Source of the DNA: Longimicrobiales bacterium
Lineage (GTDB): Bacteria > Gemmatimonadota > Gemmatimonadetes > Longimicrobiales > Gaopeijiaceae
Assembly: GCA_965226375.1 (NCBI GenBank)
Contig: CBDDCX010000008.1
Span: forward strand, 32,001-96,000
DNA length: 64,000 nt
Reading direction: 5' to 3'
Positions 20,195 through 30,694 of the stretch are shown piece after piece. The position numbers and the translations under genes are program-made. Numbering within the stretch: the first letter of the stretch is position 1; every line of letters starts with the position of its first letter. The notes below the pieces were generated by a model. The model saw only the letters and a list, made by a program, of their open reading frames with translations, ran no database searches and was not told the origin of the DNA.

Positions 20195-20507
20195 GCAGGA
20201 CCCGGGGTTCCTGACCGTCGAGTGGACCGGGCCGGCAGCCGGTCGCGGCATCGGCGTTCTGCTGGAGCTCGAGGGTCCCGGCATCGAGGCCGTGCGCGCT
20301 CCCGGTTTCGAGTTGTACGAATCCAGGGCGTCCGGGCGGCATGAGATCGTCGTGGCGGGATCCCTCCGGGCGGGTCCCCTCGTGCAGTTCCGGGTCCCGG
20401 ACCGGGGCCAGCTGCCTCTGTACCGGGTCCGCGTCCTCGAGGTCGCGGGAGAGGATTACGAGCTCAGGGACGCGGGGCAGTACCGGGCCGTGATCACGCT
20501 GCACTGA
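20195..20507 (+). pseudogene. C-terminal beta-rich fragment of a larger exported protein
   Basis: DPGFLTVEWTGP...YRAVITLH* has coding-like codon usage; the 5' end is replaced by IS256. Confidence 0.45.
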
Positions 20508-20988
20508 CAACCCCAGCCAAGATGGGTCCCCCGACGTGCGCGGCAAGGTTCGAGTGCGTCGGGGGGGCCACGCCCACAGCAGCCGGGGCGCGCGCAGGTG
20601 TCGCGCGCCCCGGCCTCTTGAGGGCTGCACCGAGCAGCGCCTGCTTGACGGGCCGGATGGCGCCGGGCTGGCCGGTGGAGCCCGCGTCACAGCCAACCCT
20701 GATCTCCCGTCCCGCCATCCCGGCGCCCGCGAACGACGGCTCGCAGCCGCTGTAGGGGCGCCCGCCCGCGGCGCATTCCATGACGCCCGCGGCCAGGCCG
20801 CACACGGCGTCCTCCTCCGCGCCGGGAATCGACCCGCTGACCTAGCGCCGTCCTCTTACCAGCAACCGGCCCGGCCTCCCGGACGGCATCCGGTTCCCAC
20901 GGACCTTCGCGTTCCGTCGCGCCACTGCACTGGCGGCGGCCTCCAGAGCCTCCCGGACAACGTCGAATAACTACGTGCACCACGGACA

Positions 20989-21006
20989 CTTAGGAGATTT
21001 CCTAAG
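20989..21006. promoter_or_regulatory. Palindromic operator candidate upstream of the HTH gene
   Basis: CTTAGGAGATTTCCTAAG lies just before TTGACT. Confidence 0.45.
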
Positions 21007-21069
21007 AGTTGACTTCCTGGCAAAGGCCCCTTCAACGTTACGGGCCATGACACGGTTGGAACGGCTCTC

Positions 21070-21774
21070 ATGCAGACCCTGGAGGAGCAATTCAACACAC
21101 GGCTGAACGCGTTTCTGGGCAGCACGGGCCTGAGGCCGACGACGCTCGGCATGAAGGCGCTGGGCGACCCGAGCCTGTTACGCCAGATCGAGCGGGGACG
21201 CTCGCCGTCGCTCAGGACGGCGGACCGGATTCTGGCGTTCGTGGCGGACTACGACCTGGACTCGGGCGGCCCTCGGACTCCGCCCCGAGGCCACCGGCGT
21301 CCGGAAGCCTTCGTCACGGGCGAGGAGAACGAGGAGGAGCAGAGCGATGACCGGCGCGCGACTTACGGCCGCACTGGAGTGCGCAAACGACGCGGGGGGC
21401 CGATGCGCACTTTGGCCCTCCGGCGATGCGCACGCGTGCTACGGAGTAAGCCACGACACGGCCACGTCTTGCGCCTTCGCGGCCGGGCCGGTCAGCGCCG
21501 CACCGGCAGCACTGACCGGGACGGGAGCGACCCCCCAGTCCGAGGGCCTGGTACGGGTTCGGGGCCAGGTGTGTTTGCGCACCTGCCCCCGCCCTCCTGG
21601 GGTCGCTCCCGAGCCATCGATCCTTCCAGGAAGGGTGTTGGACCGATGAGGCCGGCTACGCTCGCCATCATCGGCACCGCTCTGGGAGCGGCCGCCATCT
21701 ACGCCGTCGCTCGTGCAGCCGGACTCACCGACCTCGGGCTGCGCGTCGATCTCGCCGAGGGCGACTGGGAATGA
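21070..21774 (+). CDS. Cro/XRE-like HTH regulator (N-terminal ~62 aa; the rest is probably frameshifted read-through)
   Basis: Sequence PTTLGMKALGDPSLLRQIERGRSPSLRTADRILAF. Confidence 0.55.
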   Translation: MQTLEEQFNTRLNAFLGSTGLRPTTLGMKALGDPSLLRQIERGRSPSLRTADRILAFVADYDLDSGGPRTPPRGHRRPEAFVTGEENEEEQSDDRRATYGRTGVRKRRGGPMRTLALRRCARVLRSKPRHGHVLRLRGRAGQRRTGSTDRDGSDPPVRGPGTGSGPGVFAHLPPPSWGRSRAIDPSRKGVGPMRPATLAIIGTALGAAAIYAVARAAGLTDLGLRVDLAEGDWE

Positions 21775-22217
21775 ACGCGGAGACCGGGCGGGCGGCGGGC
21801 CGACGAGATCGACCCAAACGTGCGCGCACACCTCGCGGCGCGTCCGTCGAGACCCTGCCAGCTACCTGGCGGACGCAGGCCAAGGCGCTCCGCCGGTACG
21901 GGGGCGACACTCCGGCCGTCGCGCTCGAGAGCTGCGCGGCCGAGCTCGAGGCCACGCTCCGGGAGAGGGACGAGACGACCCTCTCGCTGACGGAGGCAGC
22001 CAGGGAGAGCGGCTACTCCGCTGACCATCTCGGCCGCCGCGTGCGCGACGGCAAGATCCCCAACACCGGAAGGCCCGGCGCGCCCAGGATCGCCCGCTCG
22101 CACCTGCCACGGAAGACCCAGGCGCCAGCCACACCGCTACTGGTGGAAAAGCATCGCCGAGGCGAAGTTTCCAACGCGCAGATCGTGCAGTCCATCATCG
22201 AGAGAGGAATCGAATGA
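21771..22217 (+). CDS. Excisionase-like HTH protein
   Basis: Motif LSLTEAARESGYSADHLGRRVRDGKIP...PRIAR; translationally coupled to the integrase. Confidence 0.65.
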   Translation: MNAETGRAAGRRDRPKRARTPRGASVETLPATWRTQAKALRRYGGDTPAVALESCAAELEATLRERDETTLSLTEAARESGYSADHLGRRVRDGKIPNTGRPGAPRIARSHLPRKTQAPATPLLVEKHRRGEVSNAQIVQSIIERGIE

Positions 22218-23377
22218 TGGCACGCACGAAACCTATCCGGCGCTCCTACGGCGCCGGCGAATGGGGCCGGAACCGGGTACGGGTCTTTCCCGATCCCAAG
22301 ACCGGCCTGTTCCAGATCGAGTGGCGCGAGAACGGGCGCAGGCTCAGCAGGTCGCTGAAGCACCGCGACTGGAGACGGGCGAAGCGGCAGGCGGACGAGT
22401 TCGCCGCTGGCTACCTCGCGCCGGAGATCGAGGGCAAGGCCGAAGCCGAGTCCGAGCCGCTCACCCTGGAGACGCTTTTTGACATCTACGGTGAAGAGGT
22501 GACGCCCACCAAGCGTGGGCAGTCGCGGCTGCACGACAGGGCCGCGATGAGGATGTTCCTCGGGTGCTTCGGCAGGGACCGGAAGCCCGCAACGCTCTCC
22601 CAGCGCGACTGGGACCGGTTCATCCGGGAGCGGCGCGCGGGTAGAGCCGGCGCGAGCGGAAGCCCGGTGTCCGACCGGACGATCGAACGCGACTTGAAGT
22701 TCCTGCTCGCGGTCCTCAACTGGGCCATGAAGTCGAGGGACGAGCGGGGCGAACTGCTCCTCGGCTCGAACCCGCTCAAGGGCCTGAAGACGCCCACGGA
22801 GAAGAACCCGGTCCGGGTCGTCCTTTCTGAGGAGGAATACCAGGCGCTTCTCGAGGTGTCCCGCCCGGTCGACTGGCGGTTTCGTGTCGCGCTCGTGCTC
22901 GCGCACGAGACGGGTCACCGCATCGGCGCCATCCGCCAGCTTCGATGGTCGGACATCGACATGGAAGGCGGAGTGGTGCGGTGGCGCGCAGAGCACGAGA
23001 AGTCGGGCTACGAGCACCGGACGCCGGTCACCGCCGAGGCGCTCGCCGCCTTGGAGGAGGCGCGAAACAGGAACCCCGTGACCGGACACACTCTCGTGCT
23101 GCCCTCGCCGCAGGATCCGTCGAGGTGCGTGGGCTCCTGTCAGGCGCGCGGCTGGTGGCAAAAAGCGGAGGGGCTCGCGGGGCTTGAACCTAAGCCCGGC
23201 AGAGGCTGGCATTCCCTGAGGCGAAAGTTCGCCTCCGACCTCATGAACCAGCCACTCAAGGTGCTCTGCGAGTTGGGTGGCTGGAAGACGGCCAAGACGG
23301 TGCTCCAGTGCTACCAGAGGGCCGACGAGGCACAACTCAGGACGGCTCTGGAAAGCCGCCGCAGAGTTCGCGCCTGA
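22214..23377 (+). CDS. Tyrosine recombinase / phage-type integrase
   Basis: Catalytic motifs TGHR, K, HSLRR, GW and Y. Direct repeats GCGGGAATC follow the gene. Confidence 0.9.
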   Translation: MMARTKPIRRSYGAGEWGRNRVRVFPDPKTGLFQIEWRENGRRLSRSLKHRDWRRAKRQADEFAAGYLAPEIEGKAEAESEPLTLETLFDIYGEEVTPTKRGQSRLHDRAAMRMFLGCFGRDRKPATLSQRDWDRFIRERRAGRAGASGSPVSDRTIERDLKFLLAVLNWAMKSRDERGELLLGSNPLKGLKTPTEKNPVRVVLSEEEYQALLEVSRPVDWRFRVALVLAHETGHRIGAIRQLRWSDIDMEGGVVRWRAEHEKSGYEHRTPVTAEALAALEEARNRNPVTGHTLVLPSPQDPSRCVGSCQARGWWQKAEGLAGLEPKPGRGWHSLRRKFASDLMNQPLKVLCELGGWKTAKTVLQCYQRADEAQLRTALESRRRVRA

Positions 23378-23461
23378 TCCCAATCAGCGGGAATCAGATG
23401 GCGGGAATCCGGCCAGCGAAGCCCGTAAGTTCAATAATCACATAAACATCCAAAACTGTGG

Positions 23462-25195
23462 GCGTTTGCCTGACCGGCAGGTAGCCGATCTCGTCGATGA
23501 CCGGGAGCGAAGGATAGGTGAGGATCTTGAGGCGGCGTCCCAGCTGGCCGGTGGTCTTGGCTTCTTCGAGCGAGGTGATGAGGTCGGCCAGAGCGCCGTA
23601 GTAGACTCTGCGCCCGCTCTGAGCCGCGGCAATGGCGAGGCTGATCGCGAGATGCGTCTTGCCGACGCCCGGCGGGCCGAGGAAGATCACGTTCTCCTTA
23701 CGCTCCAAGAAGCCGAGCTCGTGGAGCGAGTCGATCTGCTCGCGCTTGATCGAGGGCTGGAAGCTGAAGTCGAAGTCGTCGAGGGTCTTGATGCCCGGTA
23801 GCCGGCTCGAGCGCATCGCAGCCTGAAGGCGGCGGTTGTTGCGCAGCGTGATCTGGGCACCGAGGAGTTGCTCGATGGCCTCCGAGGCCGTCACGCCTCC
23901 GCCATCGACCCCGGTGAGGACGTCGTCGATGGCCTCCAGCGCACCGGGCATCTTGAGATCGGCGAGCTGGGCTCGGATCCGGTCACGGCGAGAGCGAGCG
24001 GCAGCCTTCATCGGTCCCCTCCCGCGATCTGGGCATAGGCCGTGAGGGGACGTCGCTCGACGTGGATGGCCGGCAAGGACGTCGTGCCGGGTGAGGAGCG
24101 ATCCGGAGGCAGGACGAGGGGGTGATACGGGCGAGTCGCCAAGGGCTCGAGGAGCAGTCGTTCACGCTCGAAGCGATCGAGGGGCCGCTCCTTCAGCGTT
24201 GCGTGGCTGCGCACATTGGCTTCCGTCTCAAGCCAATGAAGGGCCTGCGCGTTGAGATCGTCGTCCGACGTGAAGGTGCGCCCGTAGAAGAAGCTCTCCC
24301 TGAGGTAGCGGATCGGCCGCTCCACCTTGCCCTTGGTCTGAGCCCGCTAGGGTCGGCACGCTCGGATCCTGAAGTTCCAGTGGTAGGCGTAGCGCATGAA
24401 CTCCGGGTTCTCGACGAGGGCACCATCGTCGTATCGACCGTCCTCGATGACGACCGCCTTCATTTGGTCGAACAGAAGCTCACGGGGCACGCCGCCGAAG
24501 TAGGAAAACGAAGACTCCAGGCCATGCATCAGGGCCTTCATGGTCTGCCGGGTGTAGAACTGAACCCACAGCAGCCTCGAGTAGCCCAGCACGACGATTA
24601 GTGCGTAACGCTTGCCCCACGGTAGCCGGAAGTGGGCGAAGTCCACCTGGCCCTGACGCCCAGGCGCCGTCTCGAAGCGCACGACCGGCTCCTCTGGGGG
24701 TCGAGGCCGGACCTTGCGTACATAGCGTTTCACTTGGTTGTAACTGCCCGGGTAGCCAGCGGCCCGGACCTCCTTGAAGAGCCGTACAGCCGTGAGCTTC
24801 GGGTACTCCTTGAGACGCGTGTCGATCAACGGCTTGTACGGATCCAGCTTCGACGGCATCAGACATCTCGGACCGTACCCGACACGCTCTTCGTCCAACT
24901 CCCGGTCCAGTTGACCGGTCTCTATCCAGTGGTACACGGTACGGCGACTGACCCCCAGATCCCGGGCGATCACCGCCTTGTTCATCCCCTGCTCGAGGTA
25001 ATGACGGAGCAGCACGCGCTTCTCCCTTCCGATCATTGCACCTCCACGTTCGCGGTGGAGGCGCCAAGTGAGTGGATCGGCCGGAAGATCGCTCGGGGTG
25101 GTGCCTACATCCCCACTCTCCCGCCCGCTAGGTCAAAGCGCCAAGTGTGCAATTTTCGATGGCCACATGTGTGCAATATTGGAAGGCCGCTAACA
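23462..25195 (-). mobile_element. istA/istB: IS21-family element: istA (24008..25036, TAG at 24347) and 3'-truncated istB
   Basis: Motifs RFETAPGRQGQVDF, KGKVER, GPPGVGKT, IDEIGY. End TGTTAGCGGCC with reiterated TGTGCAAT repeats. Confidence 0.9.
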
Positions 25196-25290
25196 ATCGA
25201 ATCGACCACGTCAACTCTGACAACGTGGAGTTGGACGCCGGAGCAGGGATACGTGCCGGTAGACCTATCAAGCAACTAGCCCACAGGAAT

Positions 25291-25444
25291 GTCGTGTAAC
25301 GGGCTCACGGCTCCCGACGCGGAGTGAGCGTTAGCGAACGCAGTGTCCCGAAGGGACGGGCCCGTTGGTCTCCACGATAGTACCGCAACAGGTAACGCGC
25401 GAAGGCGCGCCAGAGGGCCCGGCGGGAGAGCGGCGTTATGGGAC
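25291..25444 (-). other. attC recombination site (~150 bp)
   Basis: R'' CCATAAC overlaps the stop codon at 25436; R' is GTTACAC. Closely similar to 32008..32160. Confidence 0.8.
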
Positions 25445-25589
25445 GCGGTCCCCACCGATATGTGTCCAGCCCAATTCAACCTCTACCAATCGCCTTGTAG
25501 CTGTATCGATTTGCGCAGGCGCCCGTCGGATATACTCCTCTGCATTCCTCCGCTGCTCAGCGGGGAGGTGCCGGAGATAGGTGACCGCA

Positions 25590-26685
25590 GTGATGAGGCG
25601 GAGCGCCTGGCTCGGTCGGGGACGGATCCGACGCTTGATCTCGGGTGCAGAGGCTGTTCGTGGTGCGCAGTCGGGCCCAGCGTAGAACGGGTCCCGTGAA
25701 GCCCCGCTCAAGCACGTTGACCCTCGGGGAGCTCCTTGTGCCAGCGCGCCGTATCTCGGCCAGGCGCGACTCAGCGAGCCCGGGGGCCCGGAAGACGGCG
25801 GCAACCTCGCGCGCCACACGCTTGCGCAGGCGATGCGGGACCTTGGCCGCACGTCTGCGTTGCAGGTGGACAGTACAGCGCTGGCAGCGCACCTCGGGCA
25901 GGAAGCGGCGCACCGCGGCTGCCAGGAGCGCGATCACGAGCTGGACGCCGCTGAGGCTCCAGGAGTTGCGAGCTCCGACCAGCTGTTCTCCGATTCCTCA
26001 GGGCCCAGCGTGATGCCCAGGAGCCGGCGGTGGCCGTCCGGGCCCACGGCGTAGGCCACGAGCGCCTCACGTTCTCGATCGGGCCCAGCGGGCATCGAGG
26101 AACGTCGCGTCCAGGTACAGGTAGGGGTGGGCCCCCTCGATGGGTGCACTCCGCAGCGTTTGCACGCCCTCGAGCCGCTTCGCGACCCGGCTCACCGTCG
26201 AGCGTCCCACGCGCTCACCCATGAGTGCCTCGGTCGTCGCCCATCTTGCGCTGCGACACGCCGCTCACGTAGGACCATCATCGCATCGACTTCTTCACTC
26301 CTGCGCTGGTAGCGACCCATCACGTCGGCGGGCGAGCCGCCTTCTGCGCGGGACCGTCACGTCGATCAGGCTCGTAAGCAGGCGCCTCAGATACGTCCCG
26401 TTCCTGTGGCCCTTCCGGGCCGACCCGCTCGAATCGTCGCGCTCCGACCATGCCTTCAACTCCTCCTCCAACACCATCTCGAGCGTTAGCCGGATCGCGC
26501 CCTGAAACAGTGACTTCAAATCCTGACGCCGTCTTGACGTGGCCCGGGTCTTCGACCATCTTTTCCAGAGGAAGCTTGTTCCGGTTCCGACCTGCTCGCA
26601 GGCCGGACTCCCGGGTTCATGTCGAGCTTCCTCTTTCTTTTCCGGGCTGTCCACCCTCCTCGGACGCCCTCACCCCCTTTTACCG
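25590..26685 (-). mobile_element. Heavily decayed IS256-family transposase
   Basis: Fragments GHRNG, YLYLDA, LVAYAVGPDGHRRLLG and QRCTVH lie in different frames. Confidence 0.7.
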
Positions 26686-27029
26686 GCATTCCTCCGCTGC
26701 TCAGCGGGGAGGTGCCAACCGCCTCGGACTGGGGGCAGAGGAGCCGTCGAATGCAATGCTGTCCAAACTACGCCTCCCAACCCCAGTCGCTCTGCCCATT
26801 CTGCAATCGTCTGGACGCACAGCCCTTCGGACCGACCATCCGGACCCCACCAACCCACATGCTCCTCCGCGCTCCTCTTCCCGATTCCTTCGCGAAGCCG
26901 GAGTGCCTCTCGAACTGCGGGGAGATTGGGGCTGGACATCACGGCCCACAGGACACGGACTGGCGCCCCTTGTGGCGTGAGGACGAGCGTGATTCGCCCG
27001 TCTCGTGATCGGCGGGCGACCTCGATGGG

Positions 27030-28379
27030 TGTACCGGTTCCGGTTTCCTGGACAAGTCGGCGGCCTAATCATGCCGCCTTCAGGGTGAGCTCCTGACGGA
27101 CCTGGGCCGGGGTCCGATACCCGTGCCGCTCCAGGAGCCACCCGCGGTTGTAGCGTTCGATGAACGCATCGATCTCCTGCCTGGCCTCCTCGAGGCTCTC
27201 GAAGTCGTGGAGGTACAGGCACTCTTCCTTCAGCGTCCGCATGAAGCGTTCCGCGACGCCGTTGCACTCCGGCTCTCCTACGTACGAGGCCGTCGAGCGG
27301 ATCCCGAGCCAGGCCAGCTCTCCTTGGAACTGATGGGCGGTGTACTGAGGGCCCCAGTCGTGCCGTAGGCCGAGCCCCAGAGCGATCTTGGGCGCGTAGC
27401 CGTCCATGTGGGTTCGTACACCCTGGCGGATCGGCTCGAGCGCTGCCCACCGATCGCCCTTCTTCGCCACGTGCCAGCCCACCACGTCTGTGATGCAGTG
27501 ATCCACCGCCACGAAGAACCAGCACCACCCATCCTCCTTCGTGTAGAACCGCGTCGCGTCCGTACCCCACAGCTCGTTCGGCACATCCGTCGCGTGATCC
27601 GGCCGCTGTGGCTCCGGTCCCCACGCGGGTGCTTTCCGCGCCGTACGGGGGCCAGCAGCCCATTCTCCCGCATCAGCCGCAGCACGCGGTTCTTGCCCAC
27701 ACCGATCCCCTTGGCTCTCAGACGGGCCCGGACCTTCCGGTGGCCTTCGCCCAGGAAGTCGCTCTCCTTCAGCACCTGTCGGATCTCCTCCACCAACTCC
27801 TCGTCGCTCAGCTTCGTCTTCGGTCCGCGCTTCTTCAGCCCTGCCGGCCCGTCGCTCTCTTCTCGATCTCGGGCCGCGTAGACCGTCGAGCGCCCCACCC
27901 GCCAGACCTCGCAGATCATCGTCAGAGGGTAGAGCCGCCCTGTCCCCGGACTCACCCGCGTCCGCGCTTCAAGAGCTTCTCCAGCTCGTCCCCGTACCCC
28001 CTTTTTTCCAGGAGTTCTCTCGCAAGCTCCAGTCGCATCGTCAACTCTCCCAGCTTCGCCCGGGTCCGGGTCAGCTCCCGTTCTCCAGGGTCTCGGCCCC
28101 GGCGTCTCAGTCCCTGCTGACCGGTCTCCAGGAACACCCGCCGCCATTCCTCCAGCTCCGGCGGTGAGACCTGTACCTCGCGGCTGACCTCCACCAGGTC
28201 CTCACCCCGTAGCAGGCGCAGCACCACCTCCGTTTTCTGCTGGGCACTCCACCGCTCGGGTACCTTCTCACGACCTGCGGTCGCCTTGTTCTCCCTCGGC
28301 TTCTGGGCCATCACGTCCCTTTCTCTCTGGACCCGCTGTCTTTGCCAATCTACTGTCCAGAGAAATCGGGGGCGCTAAA
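27030..28379 (-). mobile_element. IS3-family element (orfA 27952..28314; orfB frameshifted near 27590) with 4-bp TSD TGGG
   Basis: Motifs WGTDAT, RHDWG, NGVAER. IRs TGTACCGGTTCCGGTTTCCTGGACA and TTTAGCGCCCCCGATTTCTCTGGACA. TGGG lies on both flanks. Confidence 0.85.
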
Positions 28380-28503
28380 TGGGTAACAACGGGCCGTCGT
28401 TGAACCAACCTCGTCGCACGGGAAGCTTACGTGGACTCCAAATCAGCGAGCCCCATCCCAGGCACGCGATCGCGCTCACTCGATGGGGCCAACGGTTTGC
28501 GTT

Positions 28504-28908
28504 CTACTCGTCATACCATACTACCGCGATCAACTCCCCGGCGAAGATGTTCTCGATCATGGCTTTCCGCGTCGGGTTCTTTGGAGTCGTCGAAAAGATG
28601 ATTCCCGGGGAGACGCCAGCGGCGTCCTTGAGTTCAGCCTCGACGTAGCTCCAAATCTGGCGCACTTGTCTCCTGGCGTTTCGGCGGACGGCGTGCGGAG
28701 TCATGCGATCCCAGTCGGAGGCCTTGATCTCGACAACCGCGACCTCACTTCCTGACGTCGCGTGCACATCGATTCGCTCGCGTCGGCCGGACACCCTGAT
28801 AACGGGCCGTTCGTCCTCGATCCTGCCCTCAGCGGTAAGATGCCACTCGTGTTGCACCAGGCGATGGAAGGCCTTACCACGCCTGAGTTGGCTTGGCTCC
28901 CTCTTCAG
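28504..28908 (-). CDS. Cassette-borne PD-(D/E)XK nuclease-like protein
   Basis: Motifs GKAFH, RIDV, VEIK, RQIWSY. The frame extends to a CTG at 28908 after GGAGG. Confidence 0.55.
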   Translation of the reverse strand: MKREPSQLRRGKAFHRLVQHEWHLTAEGRIEDERPVIRVSGRRERIDVHATSGSEVAVVEIKASDWDRMTPHAVRRNARRQVRQIWSYVEAELKDAAGVSPGIIFSTTPKNPTRKAMIENIFAGELIAVVWYDE

Positions 28909-28935
28909 GGGTTCCCTCCCGTGGTCGAGACCGTG

Positions 28936-29084
28936 TCCGATAACGGGCTCACGGACTCACGACGCGGAGGGTGGAGCAGCCACCGGAGCGTCCGCGAAGC
29001 GGCCGGCCCGATGTTCACGTTAGAGCTTCACGCTTCAGAGCGACAGCGTATCTGAGGGCCGTGCGTGAGTCGAGCGTTATCGGA
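28936..29084 (-). other. attC recombination site
   Basis: TCCGATAAC...GTTATCGGA ends with inner CTCACG/CGTGAG L boxes. Confidence 0.8.
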
Positions 29085-29189
29085 TGTGAGTGTGGTCACA
29101 GCATCAGAAGGCGCTTGTGCGATGCACCCCACCCGACCAATCGGAGATTGCGGGCAGCGGAGTCTCCCTGGCACCGGCTTCGCAACGTA

Positions 29190-29296
29190 CGCTTCTGACT
29201 CCCCAGCAAGGAGCACTTTCAACTCACCTTCTCACTCCCCAAAACTGTCACCCATGTCCCTTCACTGGGTGTTACCCATGTTGTTTCCTGTTCACG
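29190..29296 (+). mobile_element. Orphan right end of an IS481-like element
   Basis: Similar to 12249..12357 (ACTGTCACCCATGTCC...CACTGGGTGTTACCCAT). Confidence 0.7.
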
Positions 29297-29445
29297 CCCA
29301 CCGGATTAACCCGAGCGATGGCAAGGAGCCAAAGCCGGTTGTAACGTGGGCGCAAGCGCACGACGCAAAGCCGGCACCGAAGGCATCGCATGCAGACGGA
29401 CCGGAGGCTCTCGCGTCGGGCACAAGCTCATTGCATGGAGCGACA

Positions 29446-30558
29446 GTGGTCCGCAACGAGAAGATCCTGATTGTCGGGGGCGGTATCGCTGGACTCGCGG
29501 TTGCTCGTGCACTCCAGCGCGCCGGCTGGTCGCCACGGCTGGTGGAGATCAGACCCGAATGGCCGCGGGCCGGAACGGGTCTGTACACCCCCGCGAACGG
29601 CGTCGCCGCGTTGGAGCAGTTGGGCCTGGCAGAGGCGGTTCGCAGCCGAGGCTTCGCAGTCGGTCGCCGGCACATCGCGACGGCGAAAGGGGCCATGCTG
29701 CTTGACCTCGACCTCGGAAGCGTCTGGGGACACCCTCAGCCCTGTCTGGGCATCCACCGCGAAGCGTTACACGAGGTTCTGGTCGAGGGAGCGCATGGCG
29801 TCGACCTCGCTCTCGGCACGACTGTGACGCGCTTCGAGGCGGGGCCAGACGGAGTGGACGTGGCGCTGTCTGACGGCAGCGACGGCAGATTCGATCTCGT
29901 TGTGGGCGCCGATGGCATTCGTTCCTCGATACGCGCGGCCCTCATGGGCGAGATCGAGCTTCGAATCGTGAATCCTCTGACGTGTCGCTTCGTGACGACC
30001 CGTCCCCCGGAGCTCAAACACTGGACGCTACGTGCCAGCGCGCTGGGACAGTTTCTGATGATCCCGATCAGCGACACAGAGTTGTACTGCTACGTCGCCC
30101 GCAATCCCCAGGCAGGCAGGTACCCCGATCAGGCGGAGTTCTTCGATCCGTTCAAGCATTTCGCGGATCCGGTGCCGGCGATCCTGGCCGGCTGGAGCGA
30201 GGAGCGTGCCCACTGGTCGCGCCTGGAGGAGCTTGCTTTATTGCCCACATGGGGCCGAGGCCGGGTGGTGCGGATTGGTGACGCAGCTCACGCCATGCCG
30301 CCGTTTATGGCCCAGGGCGGTGCCCTCGCGCTCGAGGATGCGGTGGTCCTCAGCGCGCTGCTCCAGGACGCCGATTGGTCGGCGGTGGCTGAATCACTCA
30401 CAGTGCGCCGGCGCGAAAGGGTCGACTGGGTCCGCGCCCGCAGCCAACGTCGAGAAAAGCTCGCTCGGCTGCCGTTCTGGATTGCGCGCTTGGGACTAAA
30501 GCTGTCGGGGAAGAAGGCATGGACGCAGGACTACGCGCCGCTACGCAGCTCGGTGTGA
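29446..30558 (+). CDS. FAD-dependent monooxygenase
   Basis: Motifs GGGIAG, GADG, GDAAH...QGGALALED; GTG start after GGAG. Confidence 0.9.
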   Translation: MVRNEKILIVGGGIAGLAVARALQRAGWSPRLVEIRPEWPRAGTGLYTPANGVAALEQLGLAEAVRSRGFAVGRRHIATAKGAMLLDLDLGSVWGHPQPCLGIHREALHEVLVEGAHGVDLALGTTVTRFEAGPDGVDVALSDGSDGRFDLVVGADGIRSSIRAALMGEIELRIVNPLTCRFVTTRPPELKHWTLRASALGQFLMIPISDTELYCYVARNPQAGRYPDQAEFFDPFKHFADPVPAILAGWSEERAHWSRLEELALLPTWGRGRVVRIGDAAHAMPPFMAQGGALALEDAVVLSALLQDADWSAVAESLTVRRRERVDWVRARSQRREKLARLPFWIARLGLKLSGKKAWTQDYAPLRSSV

Positions 30559-30585
30559 GACGCGTAGCTGGGAGTGTTGGCGAAT

Positions 30586-30632
30586 GCGCGAAGGCGCGCA
30601 GAAGGGCCCGGCGGGAGAGCGGCGTTATCGGA
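30586..30632 (-). other. Half attC site (R''/L'' side only)
   Basis: GCGCGAAGGCGCGC..GGGAGAGCGGCGTTATCGGA matches the right ends of the 25291 and 32008 sites. Confidence 0.7.
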
Positions 30633-30694
30633 CGTGCGCTGGGCCGGCGTACGTGAGGCTAGCCACTCCGACCAGATCCTGGCGTGAAGGAGGC

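Larger units (their letters stand above)
25436..28479 (-). pseudogene. Cassette gene ([14 protein letters not shown]...; possibly GGCT-like) split by IS3 and an IS256 remnant
   Basis: Removing the IS at 27030..28379 joins ...NDGPLLP to IEVARRSRDGRITLV...VVWTAL. The 3' end EEYIRRAPAQIDT...VP* lies at 25436..25590. Confidence 0.65.

Noticed and set aside
22214..23377. Integron integrase for the attC array
   Set aside because: No IntI-specific insertion is evident, and it is coupled to an Xis-like gene, so it is phage-type.
28380..28500. Apparent attC (TAACAAC...GTTCTAC)
   Set aside because: It is the 5' coding part of the IS-split GWGSL gene; the frame continues across the TGGG target duplication.
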